Source: Methanocorpusculum sp. (GTDB lineage: Archaea; Halobacteriota; Methanomicrobia; Methanomicrobiales; Methanocorpusculaceae). From it: DNA of 64,000 nt. The position numbers and the translations under genes are program-made. How positions within the stretch are numbered: position 1 is the first letter of the stretch; the number at the start of each line of letters is the position of its first letter. The stretch lies in contig JAYFOG010000005.1 of NCBI GenBank assembly GCA_034932965.1, positions 3,296 to 67,295 on the forward strand, given 5' to 3'. Below are positions 50,982 to 60,889 of the stretch, piece after piece. The notes under the pieces were generated by a model that was given only the letters and a program-made list of their open reading frames with translations, was not told the DNA's origin and made no database searches.

Positions 50982-53900
50982 TCAGTTGGTCAGGGCTATG
51001 CTGATCCTGACCTTGAGATCATCGATCTCCCAGTCCATGGAAAGATCGGCCTTTTCGGCAGCTCCGCATTTGCAGGGTTCCCCGTCCGGCAGTCTGATCT
51101 TCAGACAGCTTGCCCTGACCTCGGCCCCGATGACATCATGCTGTGAATCCACAAGCGGCATGATCCGTGCATCATCGATGACGACCTCTGCTTTGATCTT
51201 TGCATCGACGGCGAGACCGGCCTGTTTTCTCATCTCCTGGATCCGGCGGATGACTTCGCGTGAGTATCCTTCGGCTTCGAGTTCCGGGGTGAGGGTCACA
51301 TCAACGTAGACCATACCCTCCTCGATCGGCGAAGAGAAGATGTTTTCCGGCATCTTCTCTTCGAAGGTCATGTGCTCATCGGTCAGTTCGGCGGTGAATC
51401 CGTCCTTTTCCATAATGACTTTTTTGTCAGCGAGGAGCGAGGCTTTGAGTGTCGTGCCGTTTGACTCTTCGATGAATGCCTTGACTTTGGGTCCGTCCCT
51501 GCCGAACTGTCTGCCGATGACTTTCATCACCGGGACCGCGGTCCAGTCGAGTTTGTCCCAGATCCCTTTCACGACCGTAACGGACCTGGCATTTGCCCGG
51601 TCGCAGCACATATCGTTCATTGCGGAGACGGCGGCAGCGATCTTGTCCGAATCGGTCGCGACAACGATCTCGCCGACCGGCCAGCGTCCTTTGCGTTTTC
51701 CGTTCTGGCGGGCATTTGCCACTGCTTCGTCGAACTCCTGCACGATCTCCATCTCCTCTTCGAGGACCGGGTCACGCAGCGAATCGTTTCCGCAGAACCA
51801 GCCGGCCATATGGACCGAAGCCGGGTCGCCAACGCACTTCAGGTTCTGGTACATGCATTCCGTGATGTGGGGAGCGAACGGAGCGAATATGGTGATGAGT
51901 CTGCGCAGAACATAATACATAGTGTCGTATGCCTGCATCTTCGAGACCGACTCCTCTTCGAGCCACATTCTCGGTCTGACCAGCTGGACGTACCAGCGGG
52001 ACAGTTCATCGAGGACGAAGGTGCTGATCGGCCGGGTCGCCCGGTGAAGACTGCAGACCTCCATCTCTTTGGTCACCTGTTCCGCAAGAGAGTTCACGCG
52101 TGAGATCAGCCAGCGGTCTTCTCTGCCGAACTCTTTGATCCGGTCTTCTACTGCTGACGGATCCCAGACGCCGTCTTTTTCCGCCGGCTTGTAGCCGTCG
52201 AGCGCCATGTACGGCAGCGGGAACTTGTAGACGTTCCAGAGAACATTGAACATCCGGTGGTTCGTCTTGACGCCTTCAAGCGAGAAGCGCATATCGTCCC
52301 AGGGGGCATTCGCCGAAAGGATGTACTGGCGCATAACGTCCACACCGAACTGTTTGATCACGTCTTCGGGGGCGATAACGTTCCCGAGACTTTTACTCAT
52401 CTTTTTGCCGTTCGCGTCAAGAGCGAAACCATGCATGAGTACGGATTTGTACGGGGATCTTCCAAATGCGATCGTGGAAAGGGCGAGCTGGGAGTAGAAC
52501 CATCCGCGGGTCTGATCCTGTCCTTCGAGGATGAAATCTGCCGGCCAGTATTTGCCGAAGTCTTCGGTCTTTTCCGGGAACCGGAGGGTCGCCCAGGAAG
52601 CGATGCCCGAATCATACCAGACATCGAAGATGTCCGGGATCCGTTTCATCGTTCCTCCGCATTCGCAGGGGATCGTGATGTCATCGACGTACGGCCGGTG
52701 GGGATCGGTCATCTTCTGACCGGAAAGCTCTTCGAGCTCTGCGTATCTGCCGACGACATGGTATTTATTACAGATCGGACAGACCCAGACCGGGATCGGG
52801 ATACCCCAGTATCTCTGCCGGGAGATACACCAGTCGCGTGCCTCTTCGATCCAGTCATGGAATCTGGCGGAGCCTGCCCATTCAGGGAACCAGGTGACCT
52901 CTTTGGAGATCTCTTCGAGCATCTTCTCCCTGACATCCTTTGCTTTCAGGAACCACTGGGAAGTTGCCCGGTAGATGATCGGGGTCTTGCATCTCCAGCA
53001 GTGTCCGTACCGGTGAGTGATCTTCCGGACTGCAAGCATGGCGTCTCCTAAGACGTCGATGACCTCCTGATTTGTTTCTGGCGCCTTGACGTATTTTCCG
53101 GCAAAGACACCGGCATCATCGGTGAAGTTTCCGTTTCCGTCCACCGGGCAGACGATCGCGAGGTCTTCTTTCAGACCGACGAGGTAATCGTCCCAGCCGT
53201 GACCCGGAGCGATATGGACCATTCCGGTGTTTTCCATCGCTACGTAATCGGCGATGACGATCCGGTGCTCGATCTTTTCCTGAATGGGAACGAAAGAAGC
53301 GAGGGGAGAAGTGTATTTTGTTCCGGCGAGTTCGGCTCCGGTCTTTGTTTCAATGATGGAGTAGTCCTGATATTTTCCGTATTTGAGGATCTGCTCGGCG
53401 AGGTCTTTTGCGATCCAGAGATCTTCGGTCTTTCCGTCTTTTACTGCATGGCATTTTGCGTAGACAAAGTTCTTTCCAACGGCAACTGCCACGTTGGCGG
53501 GAAGGGTCCACGGGGTCGTGGTCCAGATGACGAGGTACTCGTTCTCGGCTCCCTGGATCGGGAATTTGACGAAGATCGAGGGATCGGTCTCGTCCCAGTA
53601 CTCGACTTCGGCGTCGGCGATGGCCGTTCCGCAGCGGGGACACCAGTTGACGACCCTGGATCCGCGTTCGAGCATCTTCTCCTCTTCGCAGCGTTTGAGG
53701 GTGTACCAGGCAGCTTCGATGTATCCTTTATCGACCGTCTGGTAAGGGTCGTCGAAGTCCATCCAGGTCCCGAGGTTTTTGAACTGCTCGCTCATCAGGT
53801 CTTTGTGGGTGAGAGCGAACTCGCGGCACTCTTCGATGAACTTTGCAACACCGTACTTTTCGATATCTGCCTTATTTTTGAATCCGAGCTTCTCCTCGAC

Positions 53901-54200
53901 TTTGACCTCGATCGGGAGTCCGTGCATATCGTAACCGGCACGTTCGATGATATGCTGACCGGTCATTGAGTGGTATCTGAGGATGGCGTCTTTTAAGATC
54001 TTGTTCCAGGCGGTCCCGAGATGGATGTATCCGGTGGTGTAGGGCGGACCGTCGACAAAGAACCACGGCTGGCCCGATTCGTGAAGTTTGCGTGTCTCAC
54101 GATAGGTATTGTTTGTTTTCCAGTACTCCCGGACGTCGTTTTCGACAACGGCGGGTACATAGCTTTCTTGTATTTCTTTCACGAGTTTTCCCTCACTCAA
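50982..54200 (-). CDS. ileS: Isoleucyl-tRNA synthetase
   Basis: DGPPYTTGYIHLGT, WTTTPWTLP, DWCISRQRYWG, KMSKS motifs. Confidence 0.98.
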   Translation of the reverse strand: MSEGKLVKEIQESYVPAVVENDVREYWKTNNTYRETRKLHESGQPWFFVDGPPYTTGYIHLGTAWNKILKDAILRYHSMTGQHIIERAGYDMHGLPIEVKVEEKLGFKNKADIEKYGVAKFIEECREFALTHKDLMSEQFKNLGTWMDFDDPYQTVDKGYIEAAWYTLKRCEEEKMLERGSRVVNWCPRCGTAIADAEVEYWDETDPSIFVKFPIQGAENEYLVIWTTTPWTLPANVAVAVGKNFVYAKCHAVKDGKTEDLWIAKDLAEQILKYGKYQDYSIIETKTGAELAGTKYTSPLASFVPIQEKIEHRIVIADYVAMENTGMVHIAPGHGWDDYLVGLKEDLAIVCPVDGNGNFTDDAGVFAGKYVKAPETNQEVIDVLGDAMLAVRKITHRYGHCWRCKTPIIYRATSQWFLKAKDVREKMLEEISKEVTWFPEWAGSARFHDWIEEARDWCISRQRYWGIPIPVWVCPICNKYHVVGRYAELEELSGQKMTDPHRPYVDDITIPCECGGTMKRIPDIFDVWYDSGIASWATLRFPEKTEDFGKYWPADFILEGQDQTRGWFYSQLALSTIAFGRSPYKSVLMHGFALDANGKKMSKSLGNVIAPEDVIKQFGVDVMRQYILSANAPWDDMRFSLEGVKTNHRMFNVLWNVYKFPLPYMALDGYKPAEKDGVWDPSAVEDRIKEFGREDRWLISRVNSLAEQVTKEMEVCSLHRATRPISTFVLDELSRWYVQLVRPRMWLEEESVSKMQAYDTMYYVLRRLITIFAPFAPHITECMYQNLKCVGDPASVHMAGWFCGNDSLRDPVLEEEMEIVQEFDEAVANARQNGKRKGRWPVGEIVVATDSDKIAAAVSAMNDMCCDRANARSVTVVKGIWDKLDWTAVPVMKVIGRQFGRDGPKVKAFIEESNGTTLKASLLADKKVIMEKDGFTAELTDEHMTFEEKMPENIFSSPIEEGMVYVDVTLTPELEAEGYSREVIRRIQEMRKQAGLAVDAKIKAEVVIDDARIMPLVDSQHDVIGAEVRASCLKIRLPDGEPCKCGAAEKADLSMDWEIDDLKVRISIALTN

Positions 54201-54442
54201 TATGTGGGTAACTATTGGTCGTCGTTATACATAAGGGGTTTTGTGTGCCGGCGGTTTCTTCTCTTGGCAGGTTTCCTTGATGCGTGTATGGGCCGAACAG
54301 AGATATTCTGACTGATCCTGAAGCTTGTCAGAGGACATTTCCCGGGCTCTCAGGCAATAACGGCTCTGATCCATCTGCGAAAATTATCCCCTACTCATAC
54401 CTTTATGCATTATGGCCACGAAGTAACTGTTTGGTAATTATT

Positions 54443-56218
54443 ATGGACGGATACGCAGGAAACATGGTCTATGTCGACCTTTCGGCAGGGACAATATCAA
54501 TCAAACCAACGCCGCCGGAACTGAAGCTGAACTATCTTGGCGGCCGGGGTTTTGGCATACGCATCCTGACCGACATGGTTGATCCGAAGACCGATCCGTT
54601 GAGTGATAAAAACATTCTTGTCTTTGCAGCAGGACCGCTGACCGGGACCGGGATCCCCCTTGGGAGCAGGTATGAGGTCTCGACGATCGCTCCATTGACG
54701 GGACTTGCCATGAGCGCAAACAGCGGAGGCGTATTCGGCTGGAAACTGAAGAAAGCCGGATTCGATGCGGCCGTCATCTCCGGCAGATCGGAAAAACCGG
54801 TATACCTCTTCCTCGACAATGGAAAGGCCGAACTTCGGGATGCTTCGCATCTCTGGGGTAAAACCACTGGTGAAACCACCGACGCGATAGTAGATGAGCT
54901 CAAGGACCCGAGTGTTCGCGTTTCCTGCATCGGCCCGGCAGGCGAAAACCTTGTGCTGATGTCCTGCATCATCAATGAAAAGACCCGGGCAGCCGGCAGA
55001 GGCGGTGTCGGGGCAGTCATGGGGTCGAAGAATCTGAAAGCGATCGCGGCAAGGGGTGATCAGCCCATCAAACCGGCGGATCCCGAAAAGGTCAAAGAGG
55101 TCAAGGAGCGGATCACTGCGATGATCCAGGAGAACGGGATCGCCAAAGGTCTGCATGATTACGGAACGGCAGTTCTCGTCAACATCCTTAATGAAAACTA
55201 TCTTCTTCCGACCCGGAACTTCCAGACCGCCCACTTCCCGGAGGCGGATAAGATCTCCGGCGAGACGATGGCAAAGACGATCCTCAAAAAACCCAAAGGA
55301 TGTTATGCCTGTATCGTTCAGTGCGGAAGGGTCCATGAGTTCGACGGCGAGTCCGGCGAGGGGCCGGAGTACGAACCCGACTGGGCATTTGGTCCCGGCT
55401 GCGGGGTCGACGATCTCAAAATGATCGCCCGGGCAAACAATATCTGCAACGAGTACGGACTTGATGCGATCTCTGCACCGACAACGATCGCCTGTCTGAT
55501 GGAGATGGCCGGGAAAGGATATGTCGACCATCCGATCCGGTTCGGCGATGCAAAAGGCATGCTGAAACTCGTGGAGCAGATCGCCCTGCGCGAAGGGATC
55601 GGCGATGAACTTGCCGAAGGATCCTTCCGGTTTGCGACGAAATACGGCCATCCTGAGTTTTCCATGAGCTCGAAAAAGCAGGAACTGCCGGCATATGATC
55701 CCCGGGGGATCCAGGGATACGGGCTTGCAGCAGCGACCTCGGTTCGCGGAGGAGATCATGTCTATGCGTACCTGATCTCTCCGGAGATCCTCGGGGCGCC
55801 GAAAAAGATCGATCCGTATCTGATCGAGGGAAAACCGCAGTTGGTCAAGACCTTCCAGGATCTGACAGCCGCCATCGATGCAACGGGCATGTGTCTTTTT
55901 ACCTCCTTTGCTCTCGGGGCCGAGGATTACGCGGATCTCATTACTGCAGCAACCGGAATGAAGATCGACGCCGGCGAACTTTTGAAGATCGGCGAACGGA
56001 TCTGGAATCTCCAGAAGCTCTATAATGTCAAACGCGGATTTTCCCGCAAAGACGATACCCTGCCGGAAAGGCTTTTGACCGAGCCCTTAAAAGAGGGAGC
56101 CCCTGCAGGTCAGGTTTCCCGGGTGCCTGAAATGCTCGATGAGTATTATGATCTTAGAGGCTGGGATGCGGAAGGGATCCCGAAAAAGGAAAAGCTCAGG
56201 GAACTGGGGCTTGTATAA
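54443..56218 (+). CDS. aor: Tungsten-containing aldehyde ferredoxin oxidoreductase
   Basis: GRGGVGAVMGSKNLKAI, CYACIVQC, EYE, YGLD, GMCLF motifs. Confidence 0.93.
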   Translation: MDGYAGNMVYVDLSAGTISIKPTPPELKLNYLGGRGFGIRILTDMVDPKTDPLSDKNILVFAAGPLTGTGIPLGSRYEVSTIAPLTGLAMSANSGGVFGWKLKKAGFDAAVISGRSEKPVYLFLDNGKAELRDASHLWGKTTGETTDAIVDELKDPSVRVSCIGPAGENLVLMSCIINEKTRAAGRGGVGAVMGSKNLKAIAARGDQPIKPADPEKVKEVKERITAMIQENGIAKGLHDYGTAVLVNILNENYLLPTRNFQTAHFPEADKISGETMAKTILKKPKGCYACIVQCGRVHEFDGESGEGPEYEPDWAFGPGCGVDDLKMIARANNICNEYGLDAISAPTTIACLMEMAGKGYVDHPIRFGDAKGMLKLVEQIALREGIGDELAEGSFRFATKYGHPEFSMSSKKQELPAYDPRGIQGYGLAAATSVRGGDHVYAYLISPEILGAPKKIDPYLIEGKPQLVKTFQDLTAAIDATGMCLFTSFALGAEDYADLITAATGMKIDAGELLKIGERIWNLQKLYNVKRGFSRKDDTLPERLLTEPLKEGAPAGQVSRVPEMLDEYYDLRGWDAEGIPKKEKLRELGLV

Positions 56219-56247
56219 AGCGGCAGTCCACATTTGAAGGTCCTGAA

Positions 56248-57012
56248 ATGTCGGCAGAATCTTCGTCTTCGGACGTCCGGTACCTGAGGCAGACACCTCT
56301 TTTTGGGAAAGAGGGGCAGAAAAAACTTAAGAACGCCCGTATCCTTCTTGCCGGGGCGGGAGGTCTTGGTTCAGCGATCGCGATGTACCTCGCCTCAGCA
56401 GGCGTCGGATATATCCGGATCGCTGATGAGGACGCCGTCGAGCGTTCCAACCTCAACCGGCAGATCCTGTATCATGAAACCGATATCGGCATATGCAAGG
56501 TCGAAGCAGCCGAAAAAACGATCCATGCCCTCAACAGCGGTATCGAAGTGGAGGCGGTCTGCCGGCATATCGATGAGAAGTCGGTTGGGAGCCTCGTCCG
56601 CGGGATGGATCTGATCATTGACGGGATGGACAACTTTGCCGCCCGCTACGTTTTGAACCGGGCCGGTCTCGATGAAAAAATCCCGTTCATTCACGGAGCC
56701 GTGAACGGATTCTACGGACAGGTGACAACGCTTATCCCGGGGATCACTCCATGTCTGCGCTGCCTTGTTCCGACCGATCCGGCCTGGGAAAAGAAGGTTA
56801 TCATTGGCGTGACCTGCGGGGTCATCGGCTCCATCGAGGCAAACGAGGCGCTCAAATATCTCACCGGTACCGGAAAGCTTCTGCAAAACCGCCTGCTGCT
56901 CTGGGACGGGCTTTTGGGCGAGTCAGAGTCGATTGAGATCGTCAGTTCTCCCGACTGCGCCGACTGCGGTTTTTCAGAGGGGGAGCCGGACGCCCGGAGG
57001 ATCGTATCATGA
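56248..57012 (+). CDS. ThiF/MoeB family E1-like adenylyltransferase
   Basis: RYLRQ, GAGGLG, SNLNRQ, CLRC, CADC motifs. Confidence 0.93.
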   Translation: MSAESSSSDVRYLRQTPLFGKEGQKKLKNARILLAGAGGLGSAIAMYLASAGVGYIRIADEDAVERSNLNRQILYHETDIGICKVEAAEKTIHALNSGIEVEAVCRHIDEKSVGSLVRGMDLIIDGMDNFAARYVLNRAGLDEKIPFIHGAVNGFYGQVTTLIPGITPCLRCLVPTDPAWEKKVIIGVTCGVIGSIEANEALKYLTGTGKLLQNRLLLWDGLLGESESIEIVSSPDCADCGFSEGEPDARRIVS

Positions 57013-57287
57013 AGATCACGGTAAAAGCATTTGCCACGTTTCGCGAGGTCATGGATATGCAGCTCGAACTTGAGTTTCCGAAAGGCACGACCGTCCGCAC
57101 GCTTCTTTCTGATCTGACCGCGCGATACGAAGGATTGTATGATCTGATGTTTTCCGCTCCGGATACTCTCCGGGACTTTGTGAACATCCTCAAAAACGGC
57201 AGAAACATCCATTTTATTACCGGTCTCGACACCTCCCTTGATGAAGGCGACCTGATCGCCCTGTTCCCGCCGGCAGCCGGCGGATAA
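57009..57287 (+). CDS. MoaD/SAMP ubiquitin-like sulfur carrier
   Basis: Beta-grasp pattern ending in FPPAAGG. Confidence 0.93.
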   Translation: MKITVKAFATFREVMDMQLELEFPKGTTVRTLLSDLTARYEGLYDLMFSAPDTLRDFVNILKNGRNIHFITGLDTSLDEGDLIALFPPAAGG

Positions 57288-57536
57288 GGAGGTTCTCCGC
57301 CGAAACGTGATCCGGGTTTATCTCCCATTTACTTCCCGGCTCCGTTTTCCTGCCCGGATCTGAAAACCAGACCGGCTTTTCAATCAAAACGCCCGGCCGC
57401 GTTCTCTTCTACGATACACAAGTATATATCCCTGTGAGGCGTATAAAGAGTCGCAGTTATCTGTGGGAAATATCAGTAAGACTTTTTTGTCTCATTGTTT
57501 TTTTCGTGAGCATTATTGCTCAAAGGAAATCCTATC

Positions 57537-57719
57537 ATGGAAAGAAGAAATAATTTTGGCGCACCACGCCAGTTTAACGACGGCCCACGCGAAATGACCA
57601 AAACAGTCTGCTCAGACTGTGGAAAAGAATGTGAAGTGCCGTTCAAGCCAACAGAAGGCAGACCAGTCTACTGTCAGGAATGCCTTCCAAAACACCGGAC
57701 CCCACGGAACCGGTTCTAA
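57537..57719 (+). CDS. CxxC-x17-CxxC small zinc-finger protein
   Basis: CSDCGKECEVPFKPTEGRPVYCQEC. Confidence 0.9.
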   Translation: MERRNNFGAPRQFNDGPREMTKTVCSDCGKECEVPFKPTEGRPVYCQECLPKHRTPRNRF

Positions 57720-57722
57720 TAC

Positions 57723-57757
57723 TGTTTAGACACTCTGTCTAAACACATCATTTTTTT
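57723..57757 (+). terminator. Hairpin plus T-run terminator
   Basis: TGTTTAGACA-CTC-TGTCTAAACA followed by T7. Confidence 0.7.
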
Positions 57758-57863
57758 AGTCTGCTCTTTCTGCAGCTTTTTGTATCCTTAGTCCGCTTCA
57801 GTCTTTCGACCCGGCCGTTTCTTCAGTCAGATTCATCTGTCAAAAAATCCAACATGATAAATA

Positions 57864-58352
57864 ATGCAGATTCAGATATACGGAAAAGCGGTGTTAGCCA
57901 AACCCGCCGAGCCCGTTGATGCCATAACCCCTGAACTTTTAGCCATTCTTGACGAGATGATCCCGATGCTCAAAGAACACCGCGGAGTCGGACTTGCAGC
58001 TCCGCAGGTCGGGATAGGGAAACGATTTTTTGTGATGGATCCGGGAGACAAAGTCCGCAGAGTTATCAACCCGGAGATCCTGAAAACCGGCAATGCCTTT
58101 GCGGATATGGAGGAAGGCTGTCTTTCCGTTCCCGGTATCCATAAAAAAGTCCGCCGTCCCAGAAGGATCACGGTCAGATATACGAATGAAGCCGGAGAAC
58201 TGGTCGAAGAGGAGCTCAAAGATTATCCTGCCCGGGTCTTCATGCACGAATACGATCATCTTGAGGGGATCTTGTTTGTCGATAAGATCGCACCGATAGC
58301 AAAAAAGATGATCGCAAAGCAGCTTGAGGATCTGAGCCGAAAGGAGGCGTAA
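57864..58352 (+). CDS. def: Peptide deformylase
   Basis: GVGLAAPQVG, EGCLS, HEYDHLEG motifs, all intact. Confidence 0.96.
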   Translation: MQIQIYGKAVLAKPAEPVDAITPELLAILDEMIPMLKEHRGVGLAAPQVGIGKRFFVMDPGDKVRRVINPEILKTGNAFADMEEGCLSVPGIHKKVRRPRRITVRYTNEAGELVEEELKDYPARVFMHEYDHLEGILFVDKIAPIAKKMIAKQLEDLSRKEA

Positions 58353-59282
58353 ATGCGTGTCCTTTTTATGGGGACACCGGAGTATGCCCTCCCTTCTCTT
58401 CGTGCGGTTTTTGGAGAGCATGAGATCGTCGGGATCCTGACCCGGGCAGATAAACCGAACCGGAGAGGAAATAAGATCGAGTTCTCGCCGGTGAAGATGT
58501 TCGCCCTCGAACACGGGATCCCGGTGTTTCAGCCGGAGGATATGAAGGATCCGGCTCTGTTTGAACAGCTGAAGGCTCTTTCCCCGGATATTTCGGTCGT
58601 TGTGGCATTCGGGATGATGATCCCGGATGCGATCATCGATCTCCCGAAACACAATACGATAAATCTGCACGGGTCGCTTCTGCCGAAGTACCGGGGGGCT
58701 GCTCCGATGCAGTATTCCGTTTTGAACGGGGACCCGGAGACCGGGGTCTCGATCATGTATGTGGCTTCGCGTCTGGATGCGGGTGATGTGATCCTGAGAA
58801 AATCGATCCCTCTGGGCGAAAACGAAACTTACGGCGAGGTGCATGACCGTCTGGCAGAGCTCGGGGCGGAAGCGCTTGTCGAGGCGCTTGGTCTGATCGC
58901 ATCGGGAGAGGTGACCAAAACTCCTCAGGATGAGGCGATGGTGACCGTTGCTCCGTCTATTTCGAAAGAGGAGTGTGTGATCGACTGGTCTTTGCCGGCG
59001 GCCGAGGTCCATAACAGGATCCGCGGGCTTTCCCCGATCCCCGGAGCAAACACCCGGCTTCCTGACGGCAAGCTTCTGAAGATCTACCGGTCAGAGAAGG
59101 TGCCGGGGGATTATGCCGGCGTTCCCGGGGAGATCGTCGATCTGATCAAAAAGAAGGGGCCGGTGGTGATGACGGGGAAAGGAGCGGTCTGCATACTTTC
59201 AGCAAAACCCGAAGGAAAACGCGAGATGCCGGGCTTTGAGATCGTGAACGGTCATTATCTGAATGTCGGCGACCGGCTCTGA
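58353..59282 (+). CDS. fmt: Methionyl-tRNA formyltransferase
   Basis: FMGTPE, DKPNRRG loop, INLHGSLLPKYRGAAP, LDAGD; C-terminal tRNA-binding domain present. Confidence 0.94.
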   Translation: MRVLFMGTPEYALPSLRAVFGEHEIVGILTRADKPNRRGNKIEFSPVKMFALEHGIPVFQPEDMKDPALFEQLKALSPDISVVVAFGMMIPDAIIDLPKHNTINLHGSLLPKYRGAAPMQYSVLNGDPETGVSIMYVASRLDAGDVILRKSIPLGENETYGEVHDRLAELGAEALVEALGLIASGEVTKTPQDEAMVTVAPSISKEECVIDWSLPAAEVHNRIRGLSPIPGANTRLPDGKLLKIYRSEKVPGDYAGVPGEIVDLIKKKGPVVMTGKGAVCILSAKPEGKREMPGFEIVNGHYLNVGDRL

Positions 59283-59305
59283 TCCGGTTCTTTTTTTTTG
59301 AGACC

Positions 59306-59530
59306 GCACTGCGTAATGCCTATGAAAAAAGAACCCCGTGTTGGGGGTATCCAGCTCGCAAGCCCGCCCCTACGGGTCGGCCCGCCTCGGCTAAGGTCGT
59401 CCGCTTTCAGCGTCCATCCCGTTCATCACACGAAAACACGAAAAAAATAATATCACTTGGGTGTCACAACTATCCCACCCTCTCCTTCCCCCACACGAAA
59501 TATGCAAAAGTCAACGAAATGCACGAAAAG
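59306..59530. repeat. Composite repeat cluster at the island boundary
   Basis: CACTGCGTAATGCCTA, nested hairpins at 59352-59394, a 28-bp motif shared with 11320, and CACGAAA units. Confidence 0.65.
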
Positions 59531-59534
59531 GGGT

Positions 59535-59592
59535 ACGGGGCAATATCAAGGCGGAGGGGAGGATCGTTTGAGCGAGCTATCCGCTGATGTAG
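59535..59592 (+). pseudogene. Diverged copy of the NCS2 permease 3' end
   Basis: 50/56 identical to 10199-10254, ending ASYPLM-stop. Confidence 0.85.
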
Positions 59593-59609
59593 GGGAGGGA
59601 TAAATGTGG

Positions 59610-60347
59610 CTAATTTTTTGGATCTATATCAACAATGATAGTTGGTACTATAAGATTATTCTCTTCAAATGTACTTTTTATGGTAATAATCTCGCAATTT
59701 AAGTTATCAACAAGTGATTTTGATATATTTATATCATCGACATAAATGATTATGTTAGGTTTATGATAAATCAAATCTTTGATATTCATGTGTGCTTTCC
59801 ATATTTCATTTGACTCATCCCCTAATTCTAATTTGATTATATCATATACGGCACTAGGACATCTTTGACGCGTAATATCACATGCATCCATCAAACGAAA
59901 TATGGCACAAATCATTCTTAGTCGAACGTTATCACATTCGTCTGGAACATCTATAAGAGAATAACTTTTCCTATGAGCTAATATTATATGCTTTAAACAA
60001 AATACGTACTTTTCAGGAAATGGGTCTAATAACTTAGATTTTTGCATGAGTTTAATTGATGCCGATGCATGGTCCTCACGACTAATAATACAACCTATAT
60101 CATGAACCCATGCGGCAAGATATAACAATAAACCTTCATCCTGATTTAATATTATACCCCACGCCCCAAGAAAGAGATTAATATTTTTATTGATAATCCT
60201 TAGAGTGTGATCAACACCATGTGATGAATATTCTGGGAGTTTCCTGGGAATGAATGTCAAAAATTGAGTTGAATAATTATCAAAAGCATCGATTAGATAT
60301 TTTGTATCTGATGAGTATTCAACAAAAATATAATTGGGGATTTCCAT
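59610..60347 (-). CDS. HD-domain phosphohydrolase (HD-CE-like)
   Basis: YSSHGVDHTLRI..AAWVHDIG..EDH..LAH..FRLMDACD metal-binding pattern. Very AT-rich. Confidence 0.8.
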   Translation of the reverse strand: MEIPNYIFVEYSSDTKYLIDAFDNYSTQFLTFIPRKLPEYSSHGVDHTLRIINKNINLFLGAWGIILNQDEGLLLYLAAWVHDIGCIISREDHASASIKLMQKSKLLDPFPEKYVFCLKHIILAHRKSYSLIDVPDECDNVRLRMICAIFRLMDACDITRQRCPSAVYDIIKLELGDESNEIWKAHMNIKDLIYHKPNIIIYVDDINISKSLVDNLNCEIITIKSTFEENNLIVPTIIVDIDPKN

Positions 60348-60372
60348 TTTAGTTCAATATTATATAAATTAT

Positions 60373-60663
60373 TTAATCTTTCCAATAATGTTCATACAGA
60401 TCTTTTATTCTGCTTATGTGCTCATTACTTATTTGGAACAGTCTTCCAGCACGTCCCGTATCAGTGGGACCATATTCCCCTCTGATGATTCCCCAATCGA
60501 AAAGTGTATCTATAGCGTTAGAGATGGTATTTTTACTTACTTTACCATCTAATCGTTCCACCAATCTAGTGAACCAAATGGATTCTCCAAGAGATTCCGC
60601 TTTGTAGATTTCACATGCCACTTTAAACTCATTTGAAAGTGGATTTTTGTGTGCTTCGGTCAA
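60373..60663 (-). CDS. Winged-helix DNA-binding protein
   Basis: FTRLVERLDGKVSKNTISNAIDTLFDWGII plus wing GRAGRLFQIS. TTG start with GAGGAG upstream. Confidence 0.75.
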   Translation of the reverse strand: MTEAHKNPLSNEFKVACEIYKAESLGESIWFTRLVERLDGKVSKNTISNAIDTLFDWGIIRGEYGPTDTGRAGRLFQISNEHISRIKDLYEHYWKD

Positions 60664-60889
60664 TCTGCTTCAACTCCTCTCTGACATTAAATATAATTTA
60701 TGATATGATAAATCTTTTTCTTTGAGACTAACTCTCAAATTTTGACTATTATAGTTATACTTTATACATCATATACTTATTCTATGATTGACTCTCATTT
60801 TATTAAGTGTATAAACCAGGGTATCTCACCAGATCCTTAAATATCAAAACGATAACATAATCATAAATTAATTAAAATGTAATTAATTC

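Noticed and set aside
57939-59012. Long antisense ORFs (also 27022-28152, 54497-55759, 46894-47736, 2256-3086)
   Set aside because: They are shadow frames opposite well-supported genes and show no recognisable motifs.
59306-59530. CRISPR array in the repeat clusters (also 6400-6520 and 11278-11350)
   Set aside because: No constant-length direct repeats with regular spacers, and no cas genes in the window.
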